Positions 54,822-64,000 of a stretch of 64,000 nt of DNA are shown here, in pieces. This DNA comes from an uncultured Candidatus Poseidoniales archaeon (GTDB taxonomy: Archaea > Thermoplasmatota > Poseidoniia > Poseidoniales > Poseidoniaceae): positions 1,747 through 65,746 of the forward strand of contig CAZNXM010000004.1 in assembly GCA_964577145.1 (NCBI GenBank), in the 5' to 3' direction. The notes beneath the pieces are model-generated. The model saw only the letters and a program-made list of their open reading frames with translations. It made no database searches and was not told the DNA's origin. The translations under genes were made by a program, and so were the position numbers. How positions within the stretch are numbered: position 1 is the first letter of the stretch; every line of letters begins with the position of its first letter.

Positions 54822-55400
54822 TTATGAATCGAGCGGAGTAGGTATTTCCACCGCTGGAATACCTCGTTCACGCGCCCGTTTTATCATGATAGATGTCCAC
54901 TTGGATTTCGGACCAGGGAAAGCGATAACATGTGTCGCATGGTTAAGCATATCATCGACAAGTGTAGGTGCTGCTTCTGGCCTACCATCGTCTTGTAATC
55001 CGCTCCGTGGTGCATTCCATGCTTCATTGTAAATCGCCATCGGAATGGCATGATTATCACACCATCTCTCCGCTAAATAATCGACTCCTGATGCGCCTCC
55101 AATGATTATCAAGTCAGGATATTCATGCCATTTCATCCATTGATCGAGTTGCTCTTCTAACCACTGAAAATCATAGAATCTAGAATTGCCACAAATTACC
55201 AAATTCACAACTTTACCGCTCTTATTCAGATCCCTTCCCGCCAAACGCTCGGCAGTGGCCGCTCCGGTGTTTTCATCTGCATCCATAGACGCGAGTATGT
55301 TTGCTATCCTATAAGCCTCATCCCGCCGCTTCCCATACAGCGCGAGAAAGCGGGTCAGAGTTGCCGGAATCCGGCGACAATATTGGCTTGAAAACATCAC
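54822..55400 (-). CDS. SLOG-family Rossmann protein (DUF2493/DprA-like)
   Basis: LIIIGGASGVDYLAERWC and HATHVIAFPGPKSKWT, resembling GGAxGxDxxAxxWA of SLOG/DprA-like domains. Confidence 0.4.
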   Translation of the reverse strand: MMFSSQYCRRIPATLTRFLALYGKRRDEAYRIANILASMDADENTGAATAERLAGRDLNKSGKVVNLVICGNSRFYDFQWLEEQLDQWMKWHEYPDLIIIGGASGVDYLAERWCDNHAIPMAIYNEAWNAPRSGLQDDGRPEAAPTLVDDMLNHATHVIAFPGPKSKWTSIMIKRARERGIPAVEIPTPLDS

Positions 55401-55456
55401 ATGAGTGTAATTGTTGAACCGCTTTCATCATAGAGCAGGTGTGTCTGGCAACACTC

Positions 55457-56797
55457 ATGGGATTCAAACGTGTGCTTATTGCCAACCGTGGTGAAATCGC
55501 ATTAAGGATTCTGAGAGCATTGCGTGATATGGGTATTGAGGCAGCCGTTATTCACGGCCGTGAAGACCGATTATCACTACCTGTACGTATGGCAGATGTC
55601 GCATATCCTATCATGCGAGCAAACCCTTTGGATTCTTACCTTGATATCGAGGCGATAGTAAATGCCGCTAAAGAATTGAATTGTGATGCAGTACATCCAG
55701 GATATGGATTTCTTGCCGAGAATGCTCAATTCGTAAAGCGCCTAGAAGAAGAAGGAATCACTTTCATTGGTCCTGCTGCGAATGTTATCACTTTACTTGG
55801 TGACAAAATCGAGGCAAGAGCTGCGATGGAAGCAGCAGGTCTTCCAACTGCTAAAGGCAGTAGTGAACCCATCTCCAGTGCAGACGTTGCGAGTGAACTG
55901 GCTTCAGAAATTGGTTATCCAGTTATCATCAAAGCTGCAGCAGGTGGTGGAGGTATTGGTATGCAAATTGTGCACGCTTCAGATGAATTTGAAGGGGCTC
56001 TCAAGTTGTGCCAAAGCCGGGCAAAATCCGCATTTGGTGATGATAGGGTATTCGTAGAGAAATATATCGAAGGTGCCCAACACGTAGAATTTCAAGTTCT
56101 TGGTGATGGCAAAAATGCTATTCATTTCGGTGAGAGATTTTGCTCTATTCAACGTCGTCACCAGAAACTTGTCGAGGAAGGTCCTTGGTTGACCGATGAG
56201 AAGCGTGCGGAGATAGGTGCTCTTGTTTGCGCTGGTGCTGAAAGCGTCGGGTACAAGGGCTTAGCAACATTCGAATTTTTGCGTGATAAGAATGGAGATT
56301 TTTACTTTCTCGAAGTCAATCCCCGGGTTCAGGTAGAGCATACGGTCACCGAATTGATCACAGGATACAACCTTGTCCAACTTGGAATCAGAGTTGCTCA
56401 AGGTGAAAGTCTACCTCTCTCTCAGGGGGATGTGAAGATTAGAGGTCATGCGATTCAATGTCGACTAAATGCTGAAGATACTACCAACTTCGTACCTTCA
56501 CCTGGTAGACTTTGGGAATGTCATTTCCCCAGTGGATTTGGAGTACGATGTGATACTCATGCCCATCCTGGTTATGAGATGCCAGGATGTTTTGATAGTC
56601 TGTTGGCAAAACTACTGACTTGGGGACCAACTCGTGAAGATGCAATCGCTCGAATGAGAACCGCTCTAGATGAGACAATCATTACTGGAGTAGAGCATTT
56701 AATTCCGCTACATCGTAGAATTATGGATGAGAAAGATTTCCTAAACCGAGACGTTACAATCCAATATATCGATATGCACCAGGATTTACTCGGGTGA
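55457..56797 (+). CDS. accC: Biotin carboxylase subunit of a biotin-dependent acyl-CoA/pyruvate carboxylase
   Basis: MGFKRVLIANRGEIALRILRA, ATP-grasp motifs, EVNPRVQVEHTVTE. Confidence 0.85.
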   Translation: MGFKRVLIANRGEIALRILRALRDMGIEAAVIHGREDRLSLPVRMADVAYPIMRANPLDSYLDIEAIVNAAKELNCDAVHPGYGFLAENAQFVKRLEEEGITFIGPAANVITLLGDKIEARAAMEAAGLPTAKGSSEPISSADVASELASEIGYPVIIKAAAGGGGIGMQIVHASDEFEGALKLCQSRAKSAFGDDRVFVEKYIEGAQHVEFQVLGDGKNAIHFGERFCSIQRRHQKLVEEGPWLTDEKRAEIGALVCAGAESVGYKGLATFEFLRDKNGDFYFLEVNPRVQVEHTVTELITGYNLVQLGIRVAQGESLPLSQGDVKIRGHAIQCRLNAEDTTNFVPSPGRLWECHFPSGFGVRCDTHAHPGYEMPGCFDSLLAKLLTWGPTREDAIARMRTALDETIITGVEHLIPLHRRIMDEKDFLNRDVTIQYIDMHQDLLG

Positions 56798-56801
56798 TTA
56801 G

Positions 56802-57728
56802 ATGGATGTTCTAATCGTCGGCAGTCTTGCCTATGATTCACTGGAATCCCCAGAGGGAATTGCAACAGAAGAATTGGGAGGTTCAGCATCCTACAGTGGA
56901 TTCTCCACCTCATTTCATTTGAATCGAATGTCTGGTGGCAAAGCAGCATTAGTAGGGGTGGTCGGACATGACTTCCTCACTGAAGATATGGCTGCATATG
57001 TCGATGCAGGCCTCGATGTCACAGGAATAGAAACTGCACAGGGCTTGACTTTCCGCTGGAAGGGGTCATATCACGGAAATATGTCTGAAGCAGAAACTCA
57101 TGAAACTCATCTCAATGTGTTCGAGCACTTCGAACCAAAAGTTCCAGTTCATTCTATTCATCCAAGTGTGGTGTTTTGCGCAAATTTGCACCCCGCACTA
57201 CAACTTTCGGTTATCGAACAAACTTCACCCACCAGAATTACGATGCTTGATTCTATGAATTTGTGGATTAACATTGCAAAAGATAGTTTGATTGAAGCTA
57301 TGCAGAAGGTCGACCTTGTAGTACTGAATGATGGTGAAATTAGGATGCTAGCCAATGATGATAATTTGGTCCGAGCATCCTTTGCAGTTCAGGAATTGGC
57401 CGGCGGTGGAATCCTTGTCGTAAAGCGAGGAGAACATGGAGTTCTTGCTCTTCACCCCGATGGATTGCTATCTATGCCGGCATTTCCGACAAAGAAAATC
57501 GTAGATCCAACAGGTTGTGGCGATGCTTTTGCAGGAGCGATGGCAGCTTTCCTTTCACAAAATGAAGGAAAGATAGAGCGTGAAGAACTTGCAGAGGCTC
57601 TTGTTCATGCTACAGTTACCGCATCATTTACTTTAGAGAGGTTCGGAACAAATAAAATCAGAAATCTTTCGCAGGAAGAATACGACTTACGACTAATCGA
57701 CTACCGAGCGATAACCAGTACCCGCTGA
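56802..57728 (+). CDS. PfkB-family carbohydrate kinase (ribokinase-like)
   Basis: C-terminal PfkB signature VDPTGCGDAFAGAMAAFL. Confidence 0.8.
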   Translation: MDVLIVGSLAYDSLESPEGIATEELGGSASYSGFSTSFHLNRMSGGKAALVGVVGHDFLTEDMAAYVDAGLDVTGIETAQGLTFRWKGSYHGNMSEAETHETHLNVFEHFEPKVPVHSIHPSVVFCANLHPALQLSVIEQTSPTRITMLDSMNLWINIAKDSLIEAMQKVDLVVLNDGEIRMLANDDNLVRASFAVQELAGGGILVVKRGEHGVLALHPDGLLSMPAFPTKKIVDPTGCGDAFAGAMAAFLSQNEGKIEREELAEALVHATVTASFTLERFGTNKIRNLSQEEYDLRLIDYRAITSTR

Positions 57729-57769
57729 GTCTACAACAGACTCAAGAAAGGTCCGCCGGTCGCCGGTAT

Positions 57770-58789
57770 ATGACCGTCCTCAATATCGCCATGGTCGGAA
57801 GTGACGAATTGGCGAAAGAGATTGCGAAGGCAACCGACCAACGCGATGTCCATACCTATGTTCACAAAGAGGTCGGAGCCAATGGTCCTCGGATTCTATC
57901 TATCATAAGGCCCGCTAAACTTCCAGATAGAATACGCCCTCTGTTCAATGCATTGTGCGCGGCCCGTGTTGGATTGATTGAGGTAACAGGTGTCAATGCA
58001 GAATTCGGAGAAGTTCTGGTCGCTTTTGCTTCAGCGGGAATTGACAAGGGCCTCATCGTAATCAACGCCGCAGAGGGAGGATGGGTTGACGAAGACCAAG
58101 TAATGGGTCTCTTCAAACAGGCTGGACTAAGTGGATGGACTCAATGTAGTAGTGATGGAATCGAACTTCGTGGGGAATTATACAAGTTAATGGATTTGAT
58201 TTCTACTGACCTCGAGGCGGCAAAGTCTGCTCCACTCGTTGTCCCAATCGACCAACATTTCAATGTCAAAGGCATTGGTCTTGTTGCAATTGGCTATGTT
58301 CAATCTGGTACCTTGAAGGTACATGATGAATTGAGATTAATGCCAGCTGATGGCCCTGGGACAGTGAAGTCATTACAGGTAATGGATGATGATGTGAATG
58401 AGGCTGTAGCAGGCGATAGAGTAGGAATCGCTCTACGAAATACCAAGGAAGAACATCTCTCTGGTGGAAGCCTTGTGATACATCCTGAAGTAGAAGATAA
58501 GAACAAAGGGATCAGTATTCCACTTGCACTTGAGAAGCACGAACGTAGCCGAATAGAATTAACACAATCTCCGTTCCAAAAAAGAATCCTAAATCCCGGA
58601 GATGTTGTTCATGCTGCGGTCGATTTGCAATTCGCTGTTGGAAGAATTGAATCGATAGATGATGGAATGATAGTTTCTTGGGATTCGCCATTATTCATCA
58701 GGTGCGATGAAGCACCACAGGTTTTGGTTGCCCAACTCGATTCTAAACCACGAATAATGGGTTCAGCAAGCGTATACCGGCTGGATTGA
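57770..58789 (+). CDS. EF-Tu/SelB-like translation-factor paralog lacking the GTP-binding P-loop
   Basis: A degenerate N-terminal G-domain (NIAMVGSDELAKE replaces GHVDHGKST). A clear EF-Tu domain II beta-barrel (PLVVPIDQHFNVKGIGLVAIGYVQSGTLKVHDELRLMP...AVAGDRVGIALRN) and a domain III-like C-terminus. Confidence 0.6.
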   Translation: MTVLNIAMVGSDELAKEIAKATDQRDVHTYVHKEVGANGPRILSIIRPAKLPDRIRPLFNALCAARVGLIEVTGVNAEFGEVLVAFASAGIDKGLIVINAAEGGWVDEDQVMGLFKQAGLSGWTQCSSDGIELRGELYKLMDLISTDLEAAKSAPLVVPIDQHFNVKGIGLVAIGYVQSGTLKVHDELRLMPADGPGTVKSLQVMDDDVNEAVAGDRVGIALRNTKEEHLSGGSLVIHPEVEDKNKGISIPLALEKHERSRIELTQSPFQKRILNPGDVVHAAVDLQFAVGRIESIDDGMIVSWDSPLFIRCDEAPQVLVAQLDSKPRIMGSASVYRLD

Positions 58790-58806
58790 GAGGGTCGCCA
58801 ATACGC

Positions 58807-58821
58807 AACCCCATAGGGGTT
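58807..58821 (+). terminator. Hairpin aacccc-ata-ggggtt downstream of the EF-Tu-like gene
   Basis: Perfect 6-bp inverted repeat with an ata centre, 18 nt after the stop. Confidence 0.4.
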
Positions 58822-58868
58822 CACCTACGGTGCATTGATAACCTCAACTTCAAGTTCGCAGGTTCGGG

Positions 58869-60401
58869 ATGTACTCAGACACCAGGGCAGAGAGCCCCAG
58901 TGTTGGCGAGCCGGTGGAAGTTTTCCGCTCGCTAAATCTGGGGGGTGTACGCGGTAGGGTGAGGGCAACCCTTTCCGATACTCAACTCTGTTTCGAATCA
59001 CGTACTGGTCAAGCATTGGATATGAAACTTGAAGCGGTTCAGAGGGTTCAACACCATCATACTACTTTGATTCCTGCTTGGCTTGGATTCGTTGGCTTGC
59101 TTCTATGTTGGCTTTCATGGAGAGGTCTAGAAGGTAAATTACAATCGTTGACAGGTGCAGTAGGAATTGTGCTTGCAGTATCACATTTCATCACACGCCG
59201 TCAGACATTAACCATCGATACATCTGCGGGGGATTGCCATTCGGTTTTCGGGAATGATGATTCATTAATACGATTATGTGCAATGGTAAATAGGATGCAA
59301 GATGGACTAAGTTTGGAAGAGGCAAGGGAGAGTCTATCTTCTCTAATCAGAGATTCTGATTATCCTAGGCACCGTAATTTTGAGGAAATTCTTTCCGTTC
59401 CTGAGATAATAGAATTAGAACCCGCTCCAGTATTGACCAGTTTCCTAGATTCGATGTCATTTGATGAGCAGGAACCACTTGATGCGACAATTATCGATGA
59501 GCCAATCACTATGGTTGCAGACCTCGACCTTCCAACATGGGCGGATGAAATTATACAAGAACCCGAGCAGGAAGTACCAGCGAGTCTACTTTCTCGTGCC
59601 AGAGATAACCTACACACTCAGAGGAATAATGTGATTCAGAATGGTTGGCATCCGCAAATGCAACAACCTCATCCCCATTCCATCCATCGTAATCAGCCAG
59701 TTGAGTCTTCATCATATGGTATGATGCAATTTAATGGAGCGATTCCGTCTGAACATGTTCCAATGCAAGCAGCTCCACCACCTTCTCAATTCCTACCATC
59801 ATTCTTTGGTGCTGAAGGGGCCCATATTCCTGGTGCAATGGTTGAAGAGTTCCAATCACCTGATACTCCATTGATCGATTCACAACTCGAGGAGCCAACC
59901 CAGTCACTTGTCGCATCTGCGCGTAAAGAGGAGAGTCAATTGGCTTCTGAAAGTGAAAATACAGAGGCAGCCGAGGGTCCTGCCGAAAGATATCCCTCGA
60001 TGTCTAGACTTTCAGCCAAGGGCAATAATCGGCGACGAATTTCAACCGGAGGCCGTAGGGGAACTAGGCTTCGAGGCAGTTCAGTCGTAAGGGAATTAGT
60101 TGGACCTTCCCTTGAAAGAGTTGGAAATATTTCGCGTAGTTTGCTAAGAAGGTCACGAACTACAGACGCATTGAGGATTCAAGCCGATCATGCAAGACAA
60201 GCTGAAGTGACAGCAGAGTCAATTCAGAATCTTGCCCAAAGTAGAGGTGGCGTTGTAAATGATGGAAAGGTAGAGGAGATGTTGAGTCATATCAGGACTG
60301 AGGTTGCAATACCATCTTCATTCGGTGAGATGATGAGCACCGAAGAAAAGCAACAACTCGAGGCAGAAGGCGTTTCAGCGCTTCCTAGACTAGATTCGTA
60401 A
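58869..60401 (+). CDS. Hypothetical protein with two N-terminal TM helices and long low-complexity (Q/P/S/E-rich) cytoplasmic region
   Basis: 510 aa. TM helices TTLIPAWLGFVGLLLCWL and LTGAVGIVLAVSHFI. The rest appears disordered. Confidence 0.45.
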   Translation: MYSDTRAESPSVGEPVEVFRSLNLGGVRGRVRATLSDTQLCFESRTGQALDMKLEAVQRVQHHHTTLIPAWLGFVGLLLCWLSWRGLEGKLQSLTGAVGIVLAVSHFITRRQTLTIDTSAGDCHSVFGNDDSLIRLCAMVNRMQDGLSLEEARESLSSLIRDSDYPRHRNFEEILSVPEIIELEPAPVLTSFLDSMSFDEQEPLDATIIDEPITMVADLDLPTWADEIIQEPEQEVPASLLSRARDNLHTQRNNVIQNGWHPQMQQPHPHSIHRNQPVESSSYGMMQFNGAIPSEHVPMQAAPPPSQFLPSFFGAEGAHIPGAMVEEFQSPDTPLIDSQLEEPTQSLVASARKEESQLASESENTEAAEGPAERYPSMSRLSAKGNNRRRISTGGRRGTRLRGSSVVRELVGPSLERVGNISRSLLRRSRTTDALRIQADHARQAEVTAESIQNLAQSRGGVVNDGKVEEMLSHIRTEVAIPSSFGEMMSTEEKQQLEAEGVSALPRLDS

Positions 60402-60863
60402 TTACTTGTTCTTTTGGGCGAGCATGTGTTCTCGAATGCTAAGTGCTTGATCCCAGTCTGCTTGTTCTGATTCATCTTCTACAACGAATTGTGGGATTGG
60501 TATTGGACGCATCATAGAGTCGATTGCCACAAAGAAAAAGAATCCTTCACAAATTTTCTTTTTCTCCCAAGTAGCTTTGTCAACAGCAACTGCAGTAACC
60601 TTTGTACAAGCAGTATGACTACTTGTGAAAACAACCTTTCCTGTAACTTCTAACAGATCACCCTGTCGTGCAGGTGCCATGAAAGTCAGTGTGTCGATGG
60701 AAATAGTTACAAATTCGCGATGAGCAAACTTTGCGCAAGCAATCCCTCCAGCTTTATCCATCAATGATAGTAATCTTCCTCCAAAAAGAGTATCATAGGC
60801 ATTTGTATCCCCTGGGAATACGTGTTCAATCAGTGTTGCTGCCTCTTTTGAGTAAGGCTCCAT
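60402..60863 (-). CDS. Acyl-CoA thioesterase (hotdog fold, YciA-like)
   Basis: GDTNAYDTLFGGRLLSLMD...FVTISIDTLTF, typical of acyl-CoA thioester hydrolases. Confidence 0.8.
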   Translation of the reverse strand: MEPYSKEAATLIEHVFPGDTNAYDTLFGGRLLSLMDKAGGIACAKFAHREFVTISIDTLTFMAPARQGDLLEVTGKVVFTSSHTACTKVTAVAVDKATWEKKKICEGFFFFVAIDSMMRPIPIPQFVVEDESEQADWDQALSIREHMLAQKNK

Positions 60864-60952
60864 GCTGTTGCGAGAAGGCCCTCCCTCAAGAAGTCAGTGG
60901 GGAATGCATACTCAAGGGGTGGTTTCTTGACCTACAAGACGTGCCACATGAC

Positions 60953-61624
60953 ATGGACGATAGTAAAGTCTGTGTCGCTTTGGTTTCAGGTGGAATAGAT
61001 TCCCCTGTTGCAGTGGCAAGGATGTTAGCGGAAGGATGGGATATTATCCCGGTTCACGCAAGCCAAGAGCCGATTACTGGTCCAGAAGCGGAACTCAAAA
61101 CCATAGCATCGTTGCAACATTTGCTAGAAATGGATGGACCACTTGGTGATGCGGCGAGAAGTCATCTTCGCCGTGAGTTGATCGTAGTTCCAGTTGCTGA
61201 AGTTCTTGCATTATTTACTGAAAAATGGTGCCATTCTGAGTATTTTATTCATATGAAGAGGCTATTCAATTCGTTAGCAACTTTGTGTGGTGAGGAAGTA
61301 GAAGCGAGCCATGTTTTGACAGGAGAAAATCTAGGCCAAGTATCTAGCCAAACTTTAGGGAATTTAGGCGGAGTTGAAATCGCCACTCCATTATTGCCAC
61401 TAAGGCCTCTGTTGGCCTTTGATAAGGTTGATATTATGGCGATGGCAAGAACGATTGGAACCTTATCAATAAGTGAAGGACCAGAAGTATGTGATGCGCT
61501 TGGACCTGATAAGCCTACAACAGTTGCAAATAAGGAATGGTTGGAGAAATCTGAGGAACGATTGGGAGGGATTTCATCACTCGCAATGAGATGTTGGGAA
61601 GATAGGCGCCCAGTCCCCCTTTGA
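60953..61624 (+). CDS. PP-loop ATP pyrophosphatase, ThiI-like tRNA sulfurtransferase domain protein (no THUMP domain)
   Basis: PP-loop VALVSGGIDSPVA. Start chosen at the internal ATG at 60953; the ORF opens at 60731 and overlaps the thioesterase on the other strand. Confidence 0.6.
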   Translation: MDDSKVCVALVSGGIDSPVAVARMLAEGWDIIPVHASQEPITGPEAELKTIASLQHLLEMDGPLGDAARSHLRRELIVVPVAEVLALFTEKWCHSEYFIHMKRLFNSLATLCGEEVEASHVLTGENLGQVSSQTLGNLGGVEIATPLLPLRPLLAFDKVDIMAMARTIGTLSISEGPEVCDALGPDKPTTVANKEWLEKSEERLGGISSLAMRCWEDRRPVPL

Positions 61625-61631
61625 AACTCAT

Positions 61632-61659
61632 TCGGGTCCCCCCCATAGGGGGGAACCCG
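61632..61659 (+). terminator. Strong GC hairpin cgggtccccccc-ata-ggggggaacccg
   Basis: ~12-bp stem with an ata centre, 8 nt after the stop of the ThiI-like gene. Confidence 0.45.
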
Positions 61660-61725
61660 TAGGTTACATCTTCCCGTCGGGCTTTTATGTCGGACATTAG
61701 TGGAGGGAGAAGAGGAGTAACTCAT

Positions 61726-64000
61726 ATGACCGACAATAAGAATTCAAGAACCGCTTTGTTGTTCACCTTCTTGATGCTAATTTCGCCACTCGCGACAGCT
61801 GCATCAGTGACAACTTTCAGCAATGGCGACAGTGAGATTTTAATTGAAGTCAGAGACGAATCTGATTTTGTGAATACTGTTGATGGAACCATTACACTTC
61901 CTGCCGGTGGAACCGTTACCGATGCATCGGTCGAACTATCTACTGGAATGGCTACTCATCAAATCCAAAGCACCATCAATGGTGAAACCCAACAGTTCGT
62001 ATGGGACCCAACATACAATAATCAGCAAACCGAGTATTCGAATATCGATGATTTCACTTATCACGAAGATAGTGTCAGACTTGTCAGTGGAGGATACTCC
62101 ACCGATTTTGAGCGAAACCATGGTAATTTCCAAGACCATTCACAGCCACCAGTATCTTCTGGAATGGGTTGGCAGCATGGCTCTCTCACAGGAGCAACAA
62201 CGCTGAATGATAATTGTAATACCGGCATGGATTGCTGGGGTACCAATATGTACGATTCAGATAATGATTACACAAATGATGACGATGGCTCTAGTTTCTC
62301 ATACAGCATGATTTCTCCTGCAGTATCAGTAGACCCAGCATCATATATTGCTCGGTTCTCAAGTTGGCATGGCATGCATTGGACAGAGACAAACCCTGGT
62401 GCAAACCCTACTAAGACATACTGGGATTGTGGCTATGTAATGGTTAGAAACAGTTCTTCTCCAAGCTTCCCGCCACCCGACCAAGGCTGGTCTTACATCC
62501 CATTTGATACTGGAAACACTTCGGGAATTAGTTATGCTAACGGACTTTATCCAATTGGAAATGGAAATGGAAAGATCCAGACCTGTGATGGCCTTACTGG
62601 CAATGATTACGCTATTGGTGGCGAATCAACAAGTGCATCACAGAATCCTACGGGTTGGGCTACCCTCGCAGTGAATCTGGACCAGCATATCACAAAATAT
62701 GTGCAACTTAAGTTTGTACTTTCTTTCAACGCTGGAAGTGGTACTCCGTATAATTCAACCATGCCTGGATGGTTTATCGATGATTTCCGTATCGGCGACC
62801 CACTACCTCAAAATGGCTGGATGACAGTCAAAGGTTTCACGCCACGCCAAGCCCCAATGGCTGGATTCCCAGATGGCTATGGAGTTCTTCAGATAGAGCA
62901 GGAAATCTCTCCTACCAATTCTTTGAAAGTAGAAATCCTACGTGGTTCAACAACCGAGATAGTTGTTGACAATAATGGAAATCAGATGACTGGATTGATT
63001 GGACCTATCGTTGAATTATGGGATATTGATGCAAGTGAATATCCGGTTATTGATATTAAATTCCTATATGATACTGGGCAGTATCGATTGTCGACTGCAG
63101 TATTGCATGGTTTATCTCTCGGTACAAGAGTAGGTAGCGGATTAAATGACACGAGTGTCGTTTTTGATCCATTTATTATTGATGGAGTATGGATGTCACC
63201 TGGTGGCGCTCAGCCGTTGATGTACGCGCCAACGATTATCGATCAATCCTTCAACCCACCAATTCAGCGTACCAGATTTAGTCAGCCAATTGTGGGGATT
63301 ACTCCGGTAATTGTCGATGATTGTATGGATGACCCAAGCATTCAGATTAACATGAGAAATAATAATCTCGTTAATCTCACTCCGAATACCAAGTATGAAC
63401 CTTTAATTCCAGCATTTGGTTTCTCTTCTATCATATCATATGCCAACCCATGTGGGCTTTCCGAAATCTGGTTTGATTTGGAATTTGGACATAGTGCATC
63501 TGGTGTTAGCATCGATATCGCAAATGACGGTGATATCGAATGGGCAATGAACGAACCAGCCTTTGGTGCATTTGGCCGTCAAACTACATTGTGGACGGGA
63601 TTAGTAGATGGCGAGAATCAAGGAGGAACTCAGTCTACTATTGTTCTAAACGCTGCAGGAAAAGGTGTTGGCGGTAGTTTCATGATACCACGTGGAGCCA
63701 CAGTGACAAATGCAGATGTGATATTAACCGATAACACAATCAGTTCTCTTTCGGACCCAAGCGTTGGGTTTGACCTAAGTTTGATGAGTAGTTATCAGGA
63801 AGAATTCCTAGGTAGCATGGACAATGTTTCAATGTTCTCCCACGAAATTCTTGAAACTCCATTAGATCTTGTATCTGCGATAAACAATCTACTTCAGAAT
63901 CCATTGGTTGCATCAAGTCATATTGACGCATATGGAAATGAGTGGTTCACTCTACACTTTGTTGCAGAAAATACCGATGCTTTGACTTCCTCATCAATCA
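61726..64000 (+). CDS. Large secreted protein, 5'-partial view (continues beyond window end)
   Basis: An open reading frame of more than 2270 nt with no stop in frame to the window end. The ORF track does not list it because no stop falls inside the window. N-terminal signal peptide MTDNKNSRTALLFTFLMLISPLATAAS (alternative in-frame ATG at 61687). RBS-like ggaggg at 61702-61707. Confidence 0.6.
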   Translation, partial: MTDNKNSRTALLFTFLMLISPLATAASVTTFSNGDSEILIEVRDESDFVNTVDGTITLPAGGTVTDASVELSTGMATHQIQSTINGETQQFVWDPTYNNQQTEYSNIDDFTYHEDSVRLVSGGYSTDFERNHGNFQDHSQPPVSSGMGWQHGSLTGATTLNDNCNTGMDCWGTNMYDSDNDYTNDDDGSSFSYSMISPAVSVDPASYIARFSSWHGMHWTETNPGANPTKTYWDCGYVMVRNSSSPSFPPPDQGWSYIPFDTGNTSGISYANGLYPIGNGNGKIQTCDGLTGNDYAIGGESTSASQNPTGWATLAVNLDQHITKYVQLKFVLSFNAGSGTPYNSTMPGWFIDDFRIGDPLPQNGWMTVKGFTPRQAPMAGFPDGYGVLQIEQEISPTNSLKVEILRGSTTEIVVDNNGNQMTGLIGPIVELWDIDASEYPVIDIKFLYDTGQYRLSTAVLHGLSLGTRVGSGLNDTSVVFDPFIIDGVWMSPGGAQPLMYAPTIIDQSFNPPIQRTRFSQPIVGITPVIVDDCMDDPSIQINMRNNNLVNLTPNTKYEPLIPAFGFSSIISYANPCGLSEIWFDLEFGHSASGVSIDIANDGDIEWAMNEPAFGAFGRQTTLWTGLVDGENQGGTQSTIVLNAAGKGVGGSFMIPRGATVTNADVILTDNTISSLSDPSVGFDLSLMSSYQEEFLGSMDNVSMFSHEILETPLDLVSAINNLLQNPLVASSHIDAYGNEWFTLHFVAENTDALTSSSI

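Noticed and set aside
1-64000. CRISPR arrays, rRNA genes, transposases or integrases
   Set aside because: No regularly spaced direct repeats, no rRNA-like conserved tracts, and no DDE/tyrosine-recombinase motifs were seen in any frame. The only tandem repeat is the in-frame zinc-knuckle array.

Overview
This window looks like an archaeal chromosomal segment with moderate GC and a strongly acidic proteome, plausibly from an uncultivated marine euryarchaeon of the Thermoplasmatota / Marine Group II-III type. That placement is inferred from gene content only. Archaeal hallmarks include Orc1/Cdc6 next to a candidate replication origin, a Bud32/KEOPS kinase, deoxyhypusine synthase, a pyruvoyl SpeH-type decarboxylase, a FlaI/FlaJ-type type IV filament ATPase and platform, an archaeal-type PPAT, 2-phosphoglycerate kinase-like and DUF971/Mrp proteins. 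I call about 60 protein genes on both strands, one tRNA-Gly(GCC), and no rRNA, CRISPR array or transposase/integrase.

Functional themes:
- Secreted or membrane-anchored hydrolases and large surface proteins with an N-terminal signal peptide plus a C-terminal transmembrane anchor.
- A polyamine/hypusine cluster: agmatinase plus a SpeH-deoxyhypusine synthase fusion.
- Beta-oxidation-like enzymes: three crotonases, 3-hydroxyacyl-CoA dehydrogenase, aldehyde dehydrogenase, a thioesterase and biotin carboxylase.
- Cofactor genes: nadA, moaC/moaE, and a PPAT-DUF359 fusion.
- A compact type IV filament-like locus: FlaI-like ATPase, a FlaJ-like platform split into two genes (the second carrying a large extracytoplasmic insert), and two small pilin-like proteins.

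Other notable items are a protein built of seven tandem CCHC zinc knuckles, an EF-Tu-like protein lacking the GTPase P-loop, a large winged-helix-fused orphan protein, and a recurring family of GC-rich CCCC-(R)TA-GGGG hairpins at gene ends.

All calls rest on motif reading of the supplied six-frame translations and the raw sequence. No database searches were run.
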